Shown here: piece after piece, positions 47,249 through 57,398 of the stretch
How positions within the stretch are numbered: the first letter of the stretch is position 1
Layout: each line of letters starts with the position of its first letter
Assembly: GCA_016217555.1 (NCBI GenBank)
Contig: JACRHW010000006.1
Location: 18,153-82,152 of the forward strand
Length of the DNA: 64,000 nt
Direction of reading: 5' to 3'
From: Parcubacteria group bacterium
Lineage (GTDB): Bacteria; Patescibacteriota; Minisyncoccia; UBA6257; JACRHW01
The notes under the pieces: generated by a model
Seen by the model: the letters and a program-made list of their open reading frames with translations, nothing else
Database searches by the model: none
Told to the model about the DNA's origin: nothing
Made by a program: the position numbers and the translations under genes

Positions 47249-48394
47249 ATGACAGTATATTTTATTATGTCTTCAAGACTTGGGTTAAGGACGTGGATTG
47301 AGATAAACAAAAAAAATCTTTTTCACAATATCGATCAATTCAAATCTCTTTTAAAGAAAGAGACGAAGTTTGGTGCGGTCATAAAATCAAATGCTTATGG
47401 GCACGGGCTTTATACTATTGCGAATCTTGTTAAGGACAAGGTAGATTGGTTTTTTGTAGATACGTTTATAGAAGGATTACATTTACGTGAAGCTGGCATA
47501 AAAAATCCAATTCTCGTGCTCGGGTATACGCTCCCCATTCATTTTGAGGCGGCCGCTCTTAATAATGTTAGCCTTACTATTTCTCAATTTGAAGGACTGA
47601 AGCACGTGGTTCGTATGAAGAATTTCCCAAAAATTCACCTTAAGTTTGATACGGGGATGCATCGGCAGGGATTTTACAAAGAACAGCTGTCGAGTATTAC
47701 ATCGTGTATTGCTCGAGTGCCTTCGTGTATTGAGGGGGTATATACTCACCTAGCTTCTGCTAAGGATTTCAATTACCCTCATTATACAGACAAGCAATTA
47801 CGTATTTTTGGGCAAATAACCAAAGAATTTAGTAAGGAAAAATATCCGGGTATTCTTTATCATGCAGCCGCATCTGGTGGTGTAATTGTTTCTCCAGAAA
47901 GTCATTTTGATCTTGTGCGTGTCGGTATGGGGCTTTATGGGTATTATCCCTCTGCGGAAATAAAAGATCAGATGATGACACTCGCACCTAAAAAAATAAC
48001 GCTCAGACCAATACTTTCATGGAAGACATTAGTTTCTGAGGTGAAAAGCGTCGAGGCGGGGGAACCCATAGGATATGACCTCACAGAATATCTTCCCCAA
48101 AAAACAAATATTGCCATTCTGCCTATCGGATATTGGCACGGGTATGACCGTGGGCTTTCTTCGGTAGGTGAGGTGCTTGTTGGTGGAAGGAGATGTCGTC
48201 TGTTGGGAAGAGTATCTATGGATATGATTACGGTAGGAGTCGGAAGGGCTCGTGTGGGAGATGAGGTTGTGTTGTTAGGGTCATCGGGGAAAGAAATAAT
48301 CTTGGCAGATGAGATGGCGCGAAAAATAGGAACAACTCCTTACGAAGTTCTTACAAGAATTAATCCACTGATTGAGCGAATTGTAGTACAATAA
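47249..48394 (+). CDS. alr: alanine racemase
   Basis: PLP-lysine motif AVIKSNAYGHG. Confidence 0.85.
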   Translation: MTVYFIMSSRLGLRTWIEINKKNLFHNIDQFKSLLKKETKFGAVIKSNAYGHGLYTIANLVKDKVDWFFVDTFIEGLHLREAGIKNPILVLGYTLPIHFEAAALNNVSLTISQFEGLKHVVRMKNFPKIHLKFDTGMHRQGFYKEQLSSITSCIARVPSCIEGVYTHLASAKDFNYPHYTDKQLRIFGQITKEFSKEKYPGILYHAAASGGVIVSPESHFDLVRVGMGLYGYYPSAEIKDQMMTLAPKKITLRPILSWKTLVSEVKSVEAGEPIGYDLTEYLPQKTNIAILPIGYWHGYDRGLSSVGEVLVGGRRCRLLGRVSMDMITVGVGRARVGDEVVLLGSSGKEIILADEMARKIGTTPYEVLTRINPLIERIVVQ

Positions 48395-48483
48395 AGGAGC
48401 TTATAGTTTTTAACTGTTAGCTTCTAGGGGTGCACGAGCTATGGATCTCTAAAAGCTAGGAGCTATAAGCTAATACCTAATGT

Positions 48484-49308
48484 ATGAAAGCCTATGTTCC
48501 GCAACATATTCGTACACAAGATACGAGGCGCAAACGTCTGCGTTTTTCTTTTTTTCTAATTTTGGGAATGTTCCTTTTGAGTGGGGTAATCTATGGCGTG
48601 TTTTTTAATCCAAAACTTCTTGTGGCCAATATCACTATTTCAGGTTTTGATCAATCTCTTGCTACACAATTTCAAGATGCAATGAGGACTAAAAAAATCT
48701 TAAAAGGATTCGTTCCTTCAAATAATCTTCTTTTTATAGATAAAGGTGATTTTATTTCTGTTGGAGACCAATATCCAGAGATTAAAAATGTTGTTATGCA
48801 AAAGGATTATAGAAATGCTCGTCTTGATTTTAGTGTTACCACGCGCAAACCAGAGGGGTTGTGGTGTGGGGAGAGGGAGGGGTGTTATGTATTTGATACT
48901 GATGGGGTAATTTATATAAAACAAGAGATGAATGTTGCCTCGAGTTCTTTTTCGCTTGTTATTGAAGATTCAAATCGATTTCCTACACTTCTTTCTCCTG
49001 TTCAAAACGAGAATATATCAACAAAAAAAATACGAGACGGCATAATAACACCTGAGTTGATTTCGGTGTTTAAGGGTCTATTGAATATATTTAAAGAAAA
49101 TGGAGTTTCTATAAAAACTATTATTAGGAGGACGGAAGCAGATAATATCGTACTTTTGGAGACCAATGATGAGCACATTTTCTTAATTGATGGAGGGCGT
49201 AGTGCTGAAGACAGTATGCGCGACTTTTTACTTGCAAAAAATAAGATTGATTTTCAGAAGATAACGTATGTAGACCTAAGAATTCCAGGACGCGTGTATT
49301 ACAAATAA
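48484..49308 (+). CDS. FtsQ/DivIB-like cell division protein (POTRA)
   Basis: N-terminal TM plus POTRA-like region; genomic context. Confidence 0.45.
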   Translation: MKAYVPQHIRTQDTRRKRLRFSFFLILGMFLLSGVIYGVFFNPKLLVANITISGFDQSLATQFQDAMRTKKILKGFVPSNNLLFIDKGDFISVGDQYPEIKNVVMQKDYRNARLDFSVTTRKPEGLWCGEREGCYVFDTDGVIYIKQEMNVASSSFSLVIEDSNRFPTLLSPVQNENISTKKIRDGIITPELISVFKGLLNIFKENGVSIKTIIRRTEADNIVLLETNDEHIFLIDGGRSAEDSMRDFLLAKNKIDFQKITYVDLRIPGRVYYK

Positions 49309-49324
49309 TGCTGTTTAGAGAGAC

Positions 49325-49392
49325 AATATTCCCTGAGCGAAGTCGAAGGGTTTCCTTTTGAAAAAGTGGGCCTTCGACAGGCTCAGGCAATA
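49325..49392. repeat. hairpin repeat CCTGAGCGAAGTCGAAGGG..GCCTTCGACAGGCTCAGG, second full copy
   Basis: Matches 16838-16905 with a different loop. Confidence 0.6.
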
Positions 49393-49467
49393 GTAACAAC
49401 TTGATTTCACTTTTTTAGGTTGTTGATCTATACTATATACATAGATTACCGTTTTTAAAAAACCACT

Positions 49468-49959
49468 ATGCAAGAAACACAACCCAATCTCGAAGAGCAA
49501 ATTGCCGCACTTCAAAAGCAGCTAAGAGAAAAAAATGAACAACTTGGGAAGGAGGTAGAGGTTGCTCAAGAGGTCCCACAATCAAAAGAGGTCCCTCTTG
49601 AGACTGTTCCGAGTAGCGTAGAAACGGTTGCGAAGGAGCCTGGTCCTCCTGTCCCTTTGCCACCCAAGCCCCTCTCTTCAAAAGAATCTTTTCCTGATGA
49701 GTGGCGATTCAAGGGCCCCCGCAACGCACCCAAACCGTCCTATGAATCACCAGACCTTGCGCCACTCCTACTTCCTTTTCAAACAGATATAAATAATATG
49801 CAGGTAGATAAAGATCATAATGTTTTTTCTCGGGCGTTGTTGGAAGAAGTAAATAAGGCAATGCTTACTGACAATCGAGCTCTTGTAGATGCACTACACG
49901 ATTGGCTTGTTGAAAAAAAACCAGAGCTCGTTAAGTTTTTTTGTGAAGGCGTAGAGTAA
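49468..49959 (+). CDS. hypothetical Pro-rich protein
   Basis: ORF track. Confidence 0.4.
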   Translation: MQETQPNLEEQIAALQKQLREKNEQLGKEVEVAQEVPQSKEVPLETVPSSVETVAKEPGPPVPLPPKPLSSKESFPDEWRFKGPRNAPKPSYESPDLAPLLLPFQTDINNMQVDKDHNVFSRALLEEVNKAMLTDNRALVDALHDWLVEKKPELVKFFCEGVE

Positions 49960-49966
49960 CACACAA

Positions 49967-52468
49967 ATGCTCCCTTTCATTTTTATCACAATTTTCATTG
50001 TTATATTAGGAATCACTATCACGGGTTTTGTGATGCTTTCGCGTTTTCGAACGAAGGGTGCTATGGCGCGCGGGCTTGATATGTCTCTTTTTTCAGTGCG
50101 TGTTCCGCGCGAATTTGCGAAAGAAGGAGGGAAGGGGGGAGAGCAACAACAAAAACAAGAAAGAGATGTTATTTCTGTGACAGAACAGATGCTTTCTGCG
50201 ATGAGCCATGTTCATACTAAGGGTACGTGGCTCACGAAGGTTCTTTATGGAGAGCCTTATATCATTTTTGAAATCGGGGTACATCACATTGGCGAGGAAA
50301 TTCATTTTTACGTGGCGACTCCCAATAGCTATTCAGAGCTTATTGAAAAACAAATCAATTCTTTTTATCCTACTGCAGAGATAAAATTAGCCGTGGATTA
50401 CAATATATTTAATCCACATGGTGCGAGCGCAGGAGCGTATCTAACTCTTAAAAGTAGCCCTATATTGCCATTTCGTACCTACCAAGTTCTTCCTACTGAT
50501 CCTGTAGGTGCGGTGCTCACCACCATGTCAAAGCTTGAATCAGAGGGTGAAGGGGTTGCTCTCCAGGTACTTGTACGCCCTTCACATAAAAAAGATATTC
50601 AAAAAAGAACTTCAAAAGTGCTTAAAGAGCTTCAGAAGGGGGCCTCATGGGGGGAGGCATTAAAAAAGGCAGGAACGACATTTGTTGGAGACATAGCAAA
50701 AGAATTTAGTAAGGCACTTAATCCGCTTGATTCTCCATCAGAACAGAATAAGCCAGAGGAACAACGTCAGGTGCTTAAGCATTACGAAGATCTTATTAAG
50801 GCGGTGGCAAGCAAGGCTTCAAAACCAATATTTGACGTAAATATACGAGTTGTTACTTCTGCTTCAATGGAATCTAAGGCAGAGGAGTTATTGCGTGATG
50901 TATCGAGTGCATTTGTACAGTTTGAGGGGCCTGATATGAATGGATTTCGTTCTGTGAAACAAAATGGAAAAAGCCTTGAAACGTTTACGCGTGACTACTC
51001 CTTTCGTATTTTTAATGAAAAGTACGCTATGTATCTTTCAACGGAAGAAATTGCAAGTTTTTATCATTTTCCACTTCCTACTACTGCAACACCACGCGTA
51101 AACTTTCTTAAGGCGAAAGCCGCAGAGCCTCCTCCAAATCTTCCCAAAGAAGGAATTATTTTGGGGGCAAATACCTATCGTGGGGTTGAAAAACTTGTTC
51201 GCCTCACTCCAGAGGATCGTCTAAGACATCTTTATATTATTGGACAGACGGGTACGGGGAAATCATCTCTTTTAAATCGCATGGTTAAGCAAGACATTGA
51301 TGCGGGTGAGGGGGTATGTATTATTGATCCTCATGGACCTTTTGCGGACGCGGCTATTACTTACGTACCGAAAGAGCGCGCAGATGATGTGATTTGGTTT
51401 GATCCGGGTGATACTACGCGCCCGGCTGGGTTAAACTTTTTAGATATTGATCCTACGAAACCACGCCAGAAGACCGATGCGATTGATGGGTTTTATAAAG
51501 TGTTAAAAGCGGTCTATAAAGATCAGCCAGAAGGATTTGGTCCTCTCTTTGAGAAATTTTTTAGATATGCACTCATCCTCCTTCTCGATGATTATGCAAA
51601 CGAAATTCCTACAATTGCTGATATCTCTCGCGTGTTTGCTGATGAGGAGTATAGAAATCTTAAGCTAAGTCGAGAAACAAAAGGGGATGTAATACGTTTT
51701 TGGAAATATGAGGTAGCAGGAATGTCGGGTGACTGGTCGCTTCCTAACATGTCTGGATATGTTACCGCTAAATTTGCCCAGTTTCTTCAAAACGATTATA
51801 TTCGTCCTATTATTACGCAACAAAAGAGTGCTTTTAATTTTAGAGAGGTAATGGACCAGAAGAAAATTCTTATCGTAAAGCTTTCAAAGGGTATCATTGG
51901 AGATCTCAATTCGAACCTTATTGGTATGATCATGATCCAAAAAATCTTAACTGCCGCATTTTCTCGTGCGGAGGAGTCATCTGAAGCGATGGCGAAATTA
52001 CCCCCCCTCTATCTTTATATTGATGAGTTTCAAAACTTTGCAACGGACGATATTGAGACTATTCTTTCAGAGGCGAGGAAATATAAATTAGGTATGACGA
52101 TTGCTCATCAGTTTATAAAACAGATTCCTGAAAAGATTATACACGCGATTTTTGGCAACGTCGGATCTGCGATTACATTTCGTATAGGAGAAGAAGATGC
52201 AATTTCAGAGGTAGTAAAGACAAAGTTTAGTCCCGTATTTGCTCCAGAAGATATGGTGGGTCTTGATAATTTTAATTGTTACGTAAAGATGCTTATTGAG
52301 GGAGCGGCGGTTCGCCCTTTTAATATGCAGTTTAATTACCTAGCAACTCAGAATATCGAACGAGGGGAACAAATTAAAGAACTATCGCGTATGAAGTATG
52401 GGCGCGATCTTGCAGAAGTGGAGCAGGAGTTTCTCGATAAACAAAAATACGAAGAACCAGAAGCGTAG
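49967..52468 (+). CDS. TrwB/TraD/VirD4-family (type IV coupling protein-like) membrane-anchored P-loop ATPase
   Basis: N-terminal TM; Walker A GQTGTGKSSLL followed by IIDPHG (cf. TrwB GATGTGKS...IVDPNGD); Walker B LYLYIDEF. Confidence 0.6.
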   Translation: MLPFIFITIFIVILGITITGFVMLSRFRTKGAMARGLDMSLFSVRVPREFAKEGGKGGEQQQKQERDVISVTEQMLSAMSHVHTKGTWLTKVLYGEPYIIFEIGVHHIGEEIHFYVATPNSYSELIEKQINSFYPTAEIKLAVDYNIFNPHGASAGAYLTLKSSPILPFRTYQVLPTDPVGAVLTTMSKLESEGEGVALQVLVRPSHKKDIQKRTSKVLKELQKGASWGEALKKAGTTFVGDIAKEFSKALNPLDSPSEQNKPEEQRQVLKHYEDLIKAVASKASKPIFDVNIRVVTSASMESKAEELLRDVSSAFVQFEGPDMNGFRSVKQNGKSLETFTRDYSFRIFNEKYAMYLSTEEIASFYHFPLPTTATPRVNFLKAKAAEPPPNLPKEGIILGANTYRGVEKLVRLTPEDRLRHLYIIGQTGTGKSSLLNRMVKQDIDAGEGVCIIDPHGPFADAAITYVPKERADDVIWFDPGDTTRPAGLNFLDIDPTKPRQKTDAIDGFYKVLKAVYKDQPEGFGPLFEKFFRYALILLLDDYANEIPTIADISRVFADEEYRNLKLSRETKGDVIRFWKYEVAGMSGDWSLPNMSGYVTAKFAQFLQNDYIRPIITQQKSAFNFREVMDQKKILIVKLSKGIIGDLNSNLIGMIMIQKILTAAFSRAEESSEAMAKLPPLYLYIDEFQNFATDDIETILSEARKYKLGMTIAHQFIKQIPEKIIHAIFGNVGSAITFRIGEEDAISEVVKTKFSPVFAPEDMVGLDNFNCYVKMLIEGAAVRPFNMQFNYLATQNIERGEQIKELSRMKYGRDLAEVEQEFLDKQKYEEPEA

Positions 52469-52470
52469 GT

Positions 52471-53136
52471 ATGGAAAAAATAACAATTCAGACGAGTGAC
52501 GGCGTTGGTATCATAGGCGATTATTATGTCCCAAGCGCAGGGAGTCCAAGAGGGATTCTTTTGGTGCACATGATGCCCGTCACCAGAGAGTCGTGGAAAT
52601 TACTCGCCAAGAGGCTTCAGAGCAGTGGGTATCACGTACTTGCGATTGATTTGCGAGGGCATGGAGGGTCACCTGGTGGTCCCGAAGGGTATAAGACATA
52701 TACTGACGAACAACATCAAAAAAGTATTCTTGATATTGAGGCGGGTGTAGAGTTTTTAAAAACAAAAGGTGTTGCAGAAGACCATCTGTCACTTATTGGC
52801 GCTTCGATTGGCGCAAATCTTGTATTACAGCATGCGGCACAGCATGGAATAAAGAATATTGTTCTTTTGTCTCCCGGGTTTGATTATCATGGTATAAAAT
52901 CTGGCCCCTTGGTTCAGAAACTCAAAAATGGTCAGCGTGTATTTTTTATCACCTCGCAAGATGATGATCGAAGCGGGGGGAACAACGCAGAGATGAACCA
53001 GCTTCTTTTTGAACGTACCTCAGACGCTGTAGATAAGAAAATCCTTGTTTATAAAGAAGCAGGGCATGGTACTGATATGTTTGACAAAGAGGATCCAGAT
53101 CTCGAAGAGGAGATCATCACATGGCTTACTGGGTAA
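52471..53136 (+). CDS. alpha/beta hydrolase (dienelactone hydrolase-like)
   Basis: Nucleophile elbow GASIG; 3-nt spacing to upstream gene. Confidence 0.65.
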   Translation: MEKITIQTSDGVGIIGDYYVPSAGSPRGILLVHMMPVTRESWKLLAKRLQSSGYHVLAIDLRGHGGSPGGPEGYKTYTDEQHQKSILDIEAGVEFLKTKGVAEDHLSLIGASIGANLVLQHAAQHGIKNIVLLSPGFDYHGIKSGPLVQKLKNGQRVFFITSQDDDRSGGNNAEMNQLLFERTSDAVDKKILVYKEAGHGTDMFDKEDPDLEEEIITWLTG

Positions 53137-53139
53137 TAG

Positions 53140-53262
53140 GACGTACGCATTCGGCGTATTTCTTCGTTAAACCTTGCGGTGCTCGACGCAGTACTTCTTA
53201 TGTACAGCTTACTCCGCTCCTCGGGTTTTCCTCGAACTCCATCCGAATGCGTACGCCCTAAA
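53140..53262. repeat. approx. 120-bp element closed by 17-bp inverted repeat AGGACGTACGCATTCGG / CCGAATGCGTACGCCCT
   Basis: Seen directly; followed by half copy of the CCTGAGCGAAGTCGAAGGG hairpin at 53283. Confidence 0.45.
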
Positions 53263-53369
53263 TATGTCTCTTCTTTTTAATAGTCCCTGAGCGAAGTCGA
53301 AGGGCTTTCTATGCGATTGCAGGGCAGATTGATAGTGTGGTACAGTGTTTAAGGTAATTTGTGATAAAT

Positions 53370-53443
53370 TGCCGGATCGTCTAAAGGTAGGACAGCGGCC
53401 TTTGAAGCCGTGAATCTTGGTTCGATTCCAAGTCCGGCAGCCC
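53370..53443 (+). tRNA. tRNA-Gln (anticodon UUG)
   Basis: Manual fold: acceptor TGCCGGA/TCCGGCA (U1:A72), U8, D-arm GTCT-AAAGGTA-GGAC, anticodon arm GCGGC-CTTTGAA-GCCGT, variable GAAT, T-arm CTTGG-TTCGATT-CCAAG, discriminator G; 3' CCC rather than an encoded CCA. Confidence 0.8.
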
Positions 53444-53464
53444 AAAAATAGAAGAATAAAAATT

Positions 53465-54178
53465 ATGAAACTTTTTCTGACAGCAAATAGATTTCTAAAT
53501 ACTCCTCTTGAAAAGGATTTTTTGGAGTTAGTTGGCGACAGGACAAATCTAAAAGTAGCCATCATACCAACTGCTGGTGATCCGATTGAGTGGATTCCAG
53601 AAAGTGAAGGCGGTAAGGTCTATAAAGCAAAATTACTTCCTAACAAGAGCGAGGAGAGCATTGGGTGGCTAGAATCATACAAGGGCGGGTGGGAGAAGAG
53701 AGGGCATAGCGTCGTGTTTGTGGATTTAAAGGAAGATGGAGATGAGATAAAGAAAAAGCTAGAGAGTGTGGATGTTATAGACGTAGGTGGAGGTGATGTA
53801 AATTGGTTATTGGATTGGGCAAAAAAATCTAAATTCAGTGAATATTTAAAAAGTCTTCTTTTGAAAGGCGTTGTATACACGGGATCAAGCGCAGGTAGTA
53901 TGTTAGTAAATCCAGATATAGGTTTTACTTGGTGGGGACCAGAGGAGAAGTGGGAGGGGATGGACCACGTCGGGTTAGGAATAGTTGATTTCATATTTCA
54001 ACCTCTACATGGAGGAAATGACGAGGAGAAAACAAAAAATCTTATTGAGAGAAAAAAACATTTACAATCTCTGGTTGACTATCCATGGAAGATTTATTTG
54101 GTAGGAGATGGACAAGCAATTAAGGTTAATGGTGACAAAATCGAACATATTGGGGAGGGGTTGAAAAAATCCATTTAA
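53465..54178 (+). CDS. peptidase S51 (dipeptidase E/cyanophycinase-like) family protein
   Basis: IPTAG and GSSAGSMLV motifs; the ORF-track start at 53417 overlaps the tRNA, so ATG 53465 is used. Confidence 0.5.
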   Translation: MKLFLTANRFLNTPLEKDFLELVGDRTNLKVAIIPTAGDPIEWIPESEGGKVYKAKLLPNKSEESIGWLESYKGGWEKRGHSVVFVDLKEDGDEIKKKLESVDVIDVGGGDVNWLLDWAKKSKFSEYLKSLLLKGVVYTGSSAGSMLVNPDIGFTWWGPEEKWEGMDHVGLGIVDFIFQPLHGGNDEEKTKNLIERKKHLQSLVDYPWKIYLVGDGQAIKVNGDKIEHIGEGLKKSI

Positions 54179-54182
54179 GCTT

Positions 54183-54443
54183 ATGGTTAAAAAAGAGATT
54201 GCTTCTGGTGTGGTACATAAATTGCCTGCGGATTTAGGAAAGATTCTTATTTCTAGTCTAGTATTGCGGAGGGCGTGGGAGGATATCACACTACTCGCGC
54301 GTAACGAGTGGATTTGCTGGGTTGAATCAGCAAAGAAACCGGAGACAAGGAACCGTCGGATCGAAAGAGCCCGTATCGGACTTATTGAAGGAAAGCGCCG
54401 ACCTTGTTGTTGGGCCGGTTGTCCTCATCGCCAAAAGCAGTAG
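54183..54443 (+). CDS. YdeI/OmpD-associated-like small protein
   Basis: EWICWVESAKKPETRNRRIERA resembles the YdeI family C-terminal signature. Confidence 0.4.
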   Translation: MVKKEIASGVVHKLPADLGKILISSLVLRRAWEDITLLARNEWICWVESAKKPETRNRRIERARIGLIEGKRRPCCWAGCPHRQKQ

Positions 54444-54469
54444 TGTGATTTTTGTGATATTATTTATCA

Positions 54470-55372
54470 ATGAAAGAAGATAAGAAGGTTCTTCAACATT
54501 ATTTAGAGTTTAGTACTTATACCTATCCAGGTTTATATCAAGATGGATTAAAAAATGATCTTCCGGATGATATTAGAGAAATTGGTCTTTTGGTGCGTAA
54601 AAATTTTATTCATCGTAGTACTCTCGCTGGAGGGAATACTGGCACTAATGCGGATTTGAAATTTGGAGATATAACAAAGGTTCCTTGGTGGAGACAACCC
54701 GAAGACGATGTTTTGGTTACTACTACTGCAATGCTTGCAGAACTGTATAGGCGAGATGGTCGTGGTTTTGTTGCAGATAGAGAGCCGCAAGATAAATTGG
54801 TTCTTACCTGTCGTTTTGTTGCTATCATGATGGCAAGTATTTTGAAATCAAAAGGCGTTCCAACACGAGTACGATCTGGTAACGCATCGTATTTTGACAT
54901 GGGTAAGCTTGGTAACGTAAGCACTGACCACTGGATTAATCAATATTGGAGTGGACAAGAAAATCGTTGGGTAACAATCGATGTCGACGGAAGCCTAAGT
55001 TTAAGTGATAGTTTTGATCCGTACGACATTCCTGATGGAAAGTTTGATTTTCCTGGTGAAGCATGGCTTGGTATTCGTGTCGGAAAACTTGATCCGCAAC
55101 ATTTTCATAATGGTAATGGCCAACGAGGTGCCATTGTTGTTCTATGGTCATTATTTTATGATTTTCATTGTTTAATGAACAATGAAATTATATATGTTCA
55201 TGGGCCGATGTATGGCCGTTATGAAAAATTTAATAATCTTACAAAAGAAGAATTTGAAAAGATTGATAATCTCGCGCGACTTATGCAGGAACCGGATAAA
55301 AATTTTGATAAGCTTATAGATATATGGGAGTCTGAAAAGGATTTTAGATTACTTGTGGGTGGTCTTTTGTAA
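54470..55372 (+). CDS. transglutaminase-like cysteine protease superfamily protein
   Basis: LTCRFVAIMMASILKSKGVPTRVRSG ... DHWINQYW ... IDVD resembles the Cys-His-Asp core. Confidence 0.45.
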   Translation: MKEDKKVLQHYLEFSTYTYPGLYQDGLKNDLPDDIREIGLLVRKNFIHRSTLAGGNTGTNADLKFGDITKVPWWRQPEDDVLVTTTAMLAELYRRDGRGFVADREPQDKLVLTCRFVAIMMASILKSKGVPTRVRSGNASYFDMGKLGNVSTDHWINQYWSGQENRWVTIDVDGSLSLSDSFDPYDIPDGKFDFPGEAWLGIRVGKLDPQHFHNGNGQRGAIVVLWSLFYDFHCLMNNEIIYVHGPMYGRYEKFNNLTKEEFEKIDNLARLMQEPDKNFDKLIDIWESEKDFRLLVGGLL

Positions 55373-55374
55373 TA

Positions 55375-57336
55375 ATGTTTTTTAAAAAATTAAAGACGAT
55401 GGAAGAAGAAAAGAAGAAAAATAGTGTTAGGGGGGTTATTGGCATAACCGTGAAGGGGGTGGGGTATGTTACGACCACTGAACCGGGTGAGGATATTCTT
55501 ATAGAGCCTCAGTTTTTGAATACTGCCTTGCATGGTGACGAGGTGGAGATTTCTTTGTTTCCTTTAGTAGAAGAGGAGAAGACAAGCGGAGAGGTGGTGG
55601 GTATTATAAAAAGAGCGAAAACAGAATTTGTGGGGACAGTGGACAAGAGAGAGGGGGCTAGTATCGCCTTTGTGCTTCCCGATGACAAGAAGATGTATAA
55701 GGATATTTTTTTGTCACCTGCTGAATCGAGAAAGGTACACAACGATGGGAAGGTTCTGGTGGAGATTAAAAAATGGGATGATCCAAAAAGGAATCCTGAG
55801 GGGAGAGTTATAAAAGTACTTGGCAAGAAGGGGGATAACAACGTTGAAATGGAATCTATTGTGCTTGAGAAGGGATTTCAAATTAAGTTTCCAAAAAATG
55901 TGGAAAAGGAGGCGAATGCACTGGGAAAACGATCAAAACCCATATCAAAAAAAGAAATTGTAGGAAGAAGAGATTTTAGAAATGTTACTACATTTACTAT
56001 CGATCCTGCAGATGCAAAAGATTTTGATGATGCTATCTCTTTTCAAAAAAAATCTGACAATATTTTTGAAATTGGGGTGCATATTGCTGATGCTTCCTAT
56101 TATGTAAGAGAAGGGAGTGCTGTTGATAAAGAGGCTAAGCATCGAGGGGTTTCTATCTATTTAGTAGATAGAACCATTCCTATGTTGCCAGAGGTGCTGT
56201 CTAATGATATTTGTAGCCTCAATCCACAGGAGGATAAATTGACGTTCTCGGCAGTGTTCACTATGGGGGCAGATGCTATTATTTCTAATGTTTGGTTTGG
56301 AAGGACGATAATCCATTCAAATAAGAGATTCGTTTATGAAGAGGCACAAAAGGTTTTGGATGATAAGGGGGGTGTCTATTATGATGAGCTGAATGCTTTA
56401 AACAAATTAGCACATATTTTTAGGGAAAAGAGGAGGAGTGCGGGGGCACTAGATTTTGAAAAAGAAGAGGTCAAATTTGTACTTGATGTGGCAGGAAAGC
56501 CATTGCACGTTATTCAAAAGCCACGGCTCGATATACACAAACTTGTTGAAGAGTTTATGATTTTGGCTAATAAAGAAGTTGCTACCTACCTTGGGGGTGA
56601 GGTGAAAAGAATACGTAAGGGAGCTTCTATCTACCGTGTCCACGATGTGCCCAAAAAGGAGTCTATAAAAGACCTTTTGTTTCTTTTGAGGACATTGGGT
56701 CACGAGATAGAATCTGAGGGTGGGAGTATTTCATCAAAAGAATTAAATAATCTCTTTGAAAAAATTAAAGGAAGTACTGAGGAGGTTCTCATAAAAACAG
56801 TTGCTATGAGATCTATGGCGAAGGCGGTGTATTCTATAAACAATATTGGTCATTATGGACTAGCTCTCGAAAATTATACGCATTTTACCTCTCCCATCAG
56901 AAGATATGCTGACATCTTGGTGCATAGAATTCTCGATAAACATCTCAGAGGAGAATATTTAAATGACATGGAGGTTGAATGGCTTCATAGCTTTGCTGTT
57001 GCCTTATCTGAGCGAGAGGTTGGTGCGGTGGAGGCGGAGAGGTCTTCTATTGCTTATAAACAGGTTGAATATATGATGGATAAAATAGGAAATGAGTATG
57101 GGGGAGTAATTTCTGGTATTACAAATTTTGGAGTGTATGTTGAGGAGTTGCAGACCATGGCGAGCGGGATGGTGAAGTTTAAAGACATGACGGATGATTT
57201 CTATGTGTTTGATAAGGCAAGCTCCTCTCTTATAGGAGAAAAACATAAGAAAAAATACTCTATTGGAGACCGCGTAGCAATAAAAATTATCGCAGCCGAT
57301 CTAGAAAGAAAAACTTTAGATTTCGCATTTGTTTGA
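55375..57336 (+). CDS. rnr: ribonuclease R / RNase II family exoribonuclease
   Basis: Cold-shock N-domains; RNB catalytic motif VHIADASYYV; C-terminal S1. Confidence 0.85.
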   Translation: MFFKKLKTMEEEKKKNSVRGVIGITVKGVGYVTTTEPGEDILIEPQFLNTALHGDEVEISLFPLVEEEKTSGEVVGIIKRAKTEFVGTVDKREGASIAFVLPDDKKMYKDIFLSPAESRKVHNDGKVLVEIKKWDDPKRNPEGRVIKVLGKKGDNNVEMESIVLEKGFQIKFPKNVEKEANALGKRSKPISKKEIVGRRDFRNVTTFTIDPADAKDFDDAISFQKKSDNIFEIGVHIADASYYVREGSAVDKEAKHRGVSIYLVDRTIPMLPEVLSNDICSLNPQEDKLTFSAVFTMGADAIISNVWFGRTIIHSNKRFVYEEAQKVLDDKGGVYYDELNALNKLAHIFREKRRSAGALDFEKEEVKFVLDVAGKPLHVIQKPRLDIHKLVEEFMILANKEVATYLGGEVKRIRKGASIYRVHDVPKKESIKDLLFLLRTLGHEIESEGGSISSKELNNLFEKIKGSTEEVLIKTVAMRSMAKAVYSINNIGHYGLALENYTHFTSPIRRYADILVHRILDKHLRGEYLNDMEVEWLHSFAVALSEREVGAVEAERSSIAYKQVEYMMDKIGNEYGGVISGITNFGVYVEELQTMASGMVKFKDMTDDFYVFDKASSSLIGEKHKKKYSIGDRVAIKIIAADLERKTLDFAFV

Positions 57337-57398
57337 TTAAAGTTAGTAGAGATGATATATAAACTCCGTGTTCTTTGACACACGAAAGGAGAAAACAC

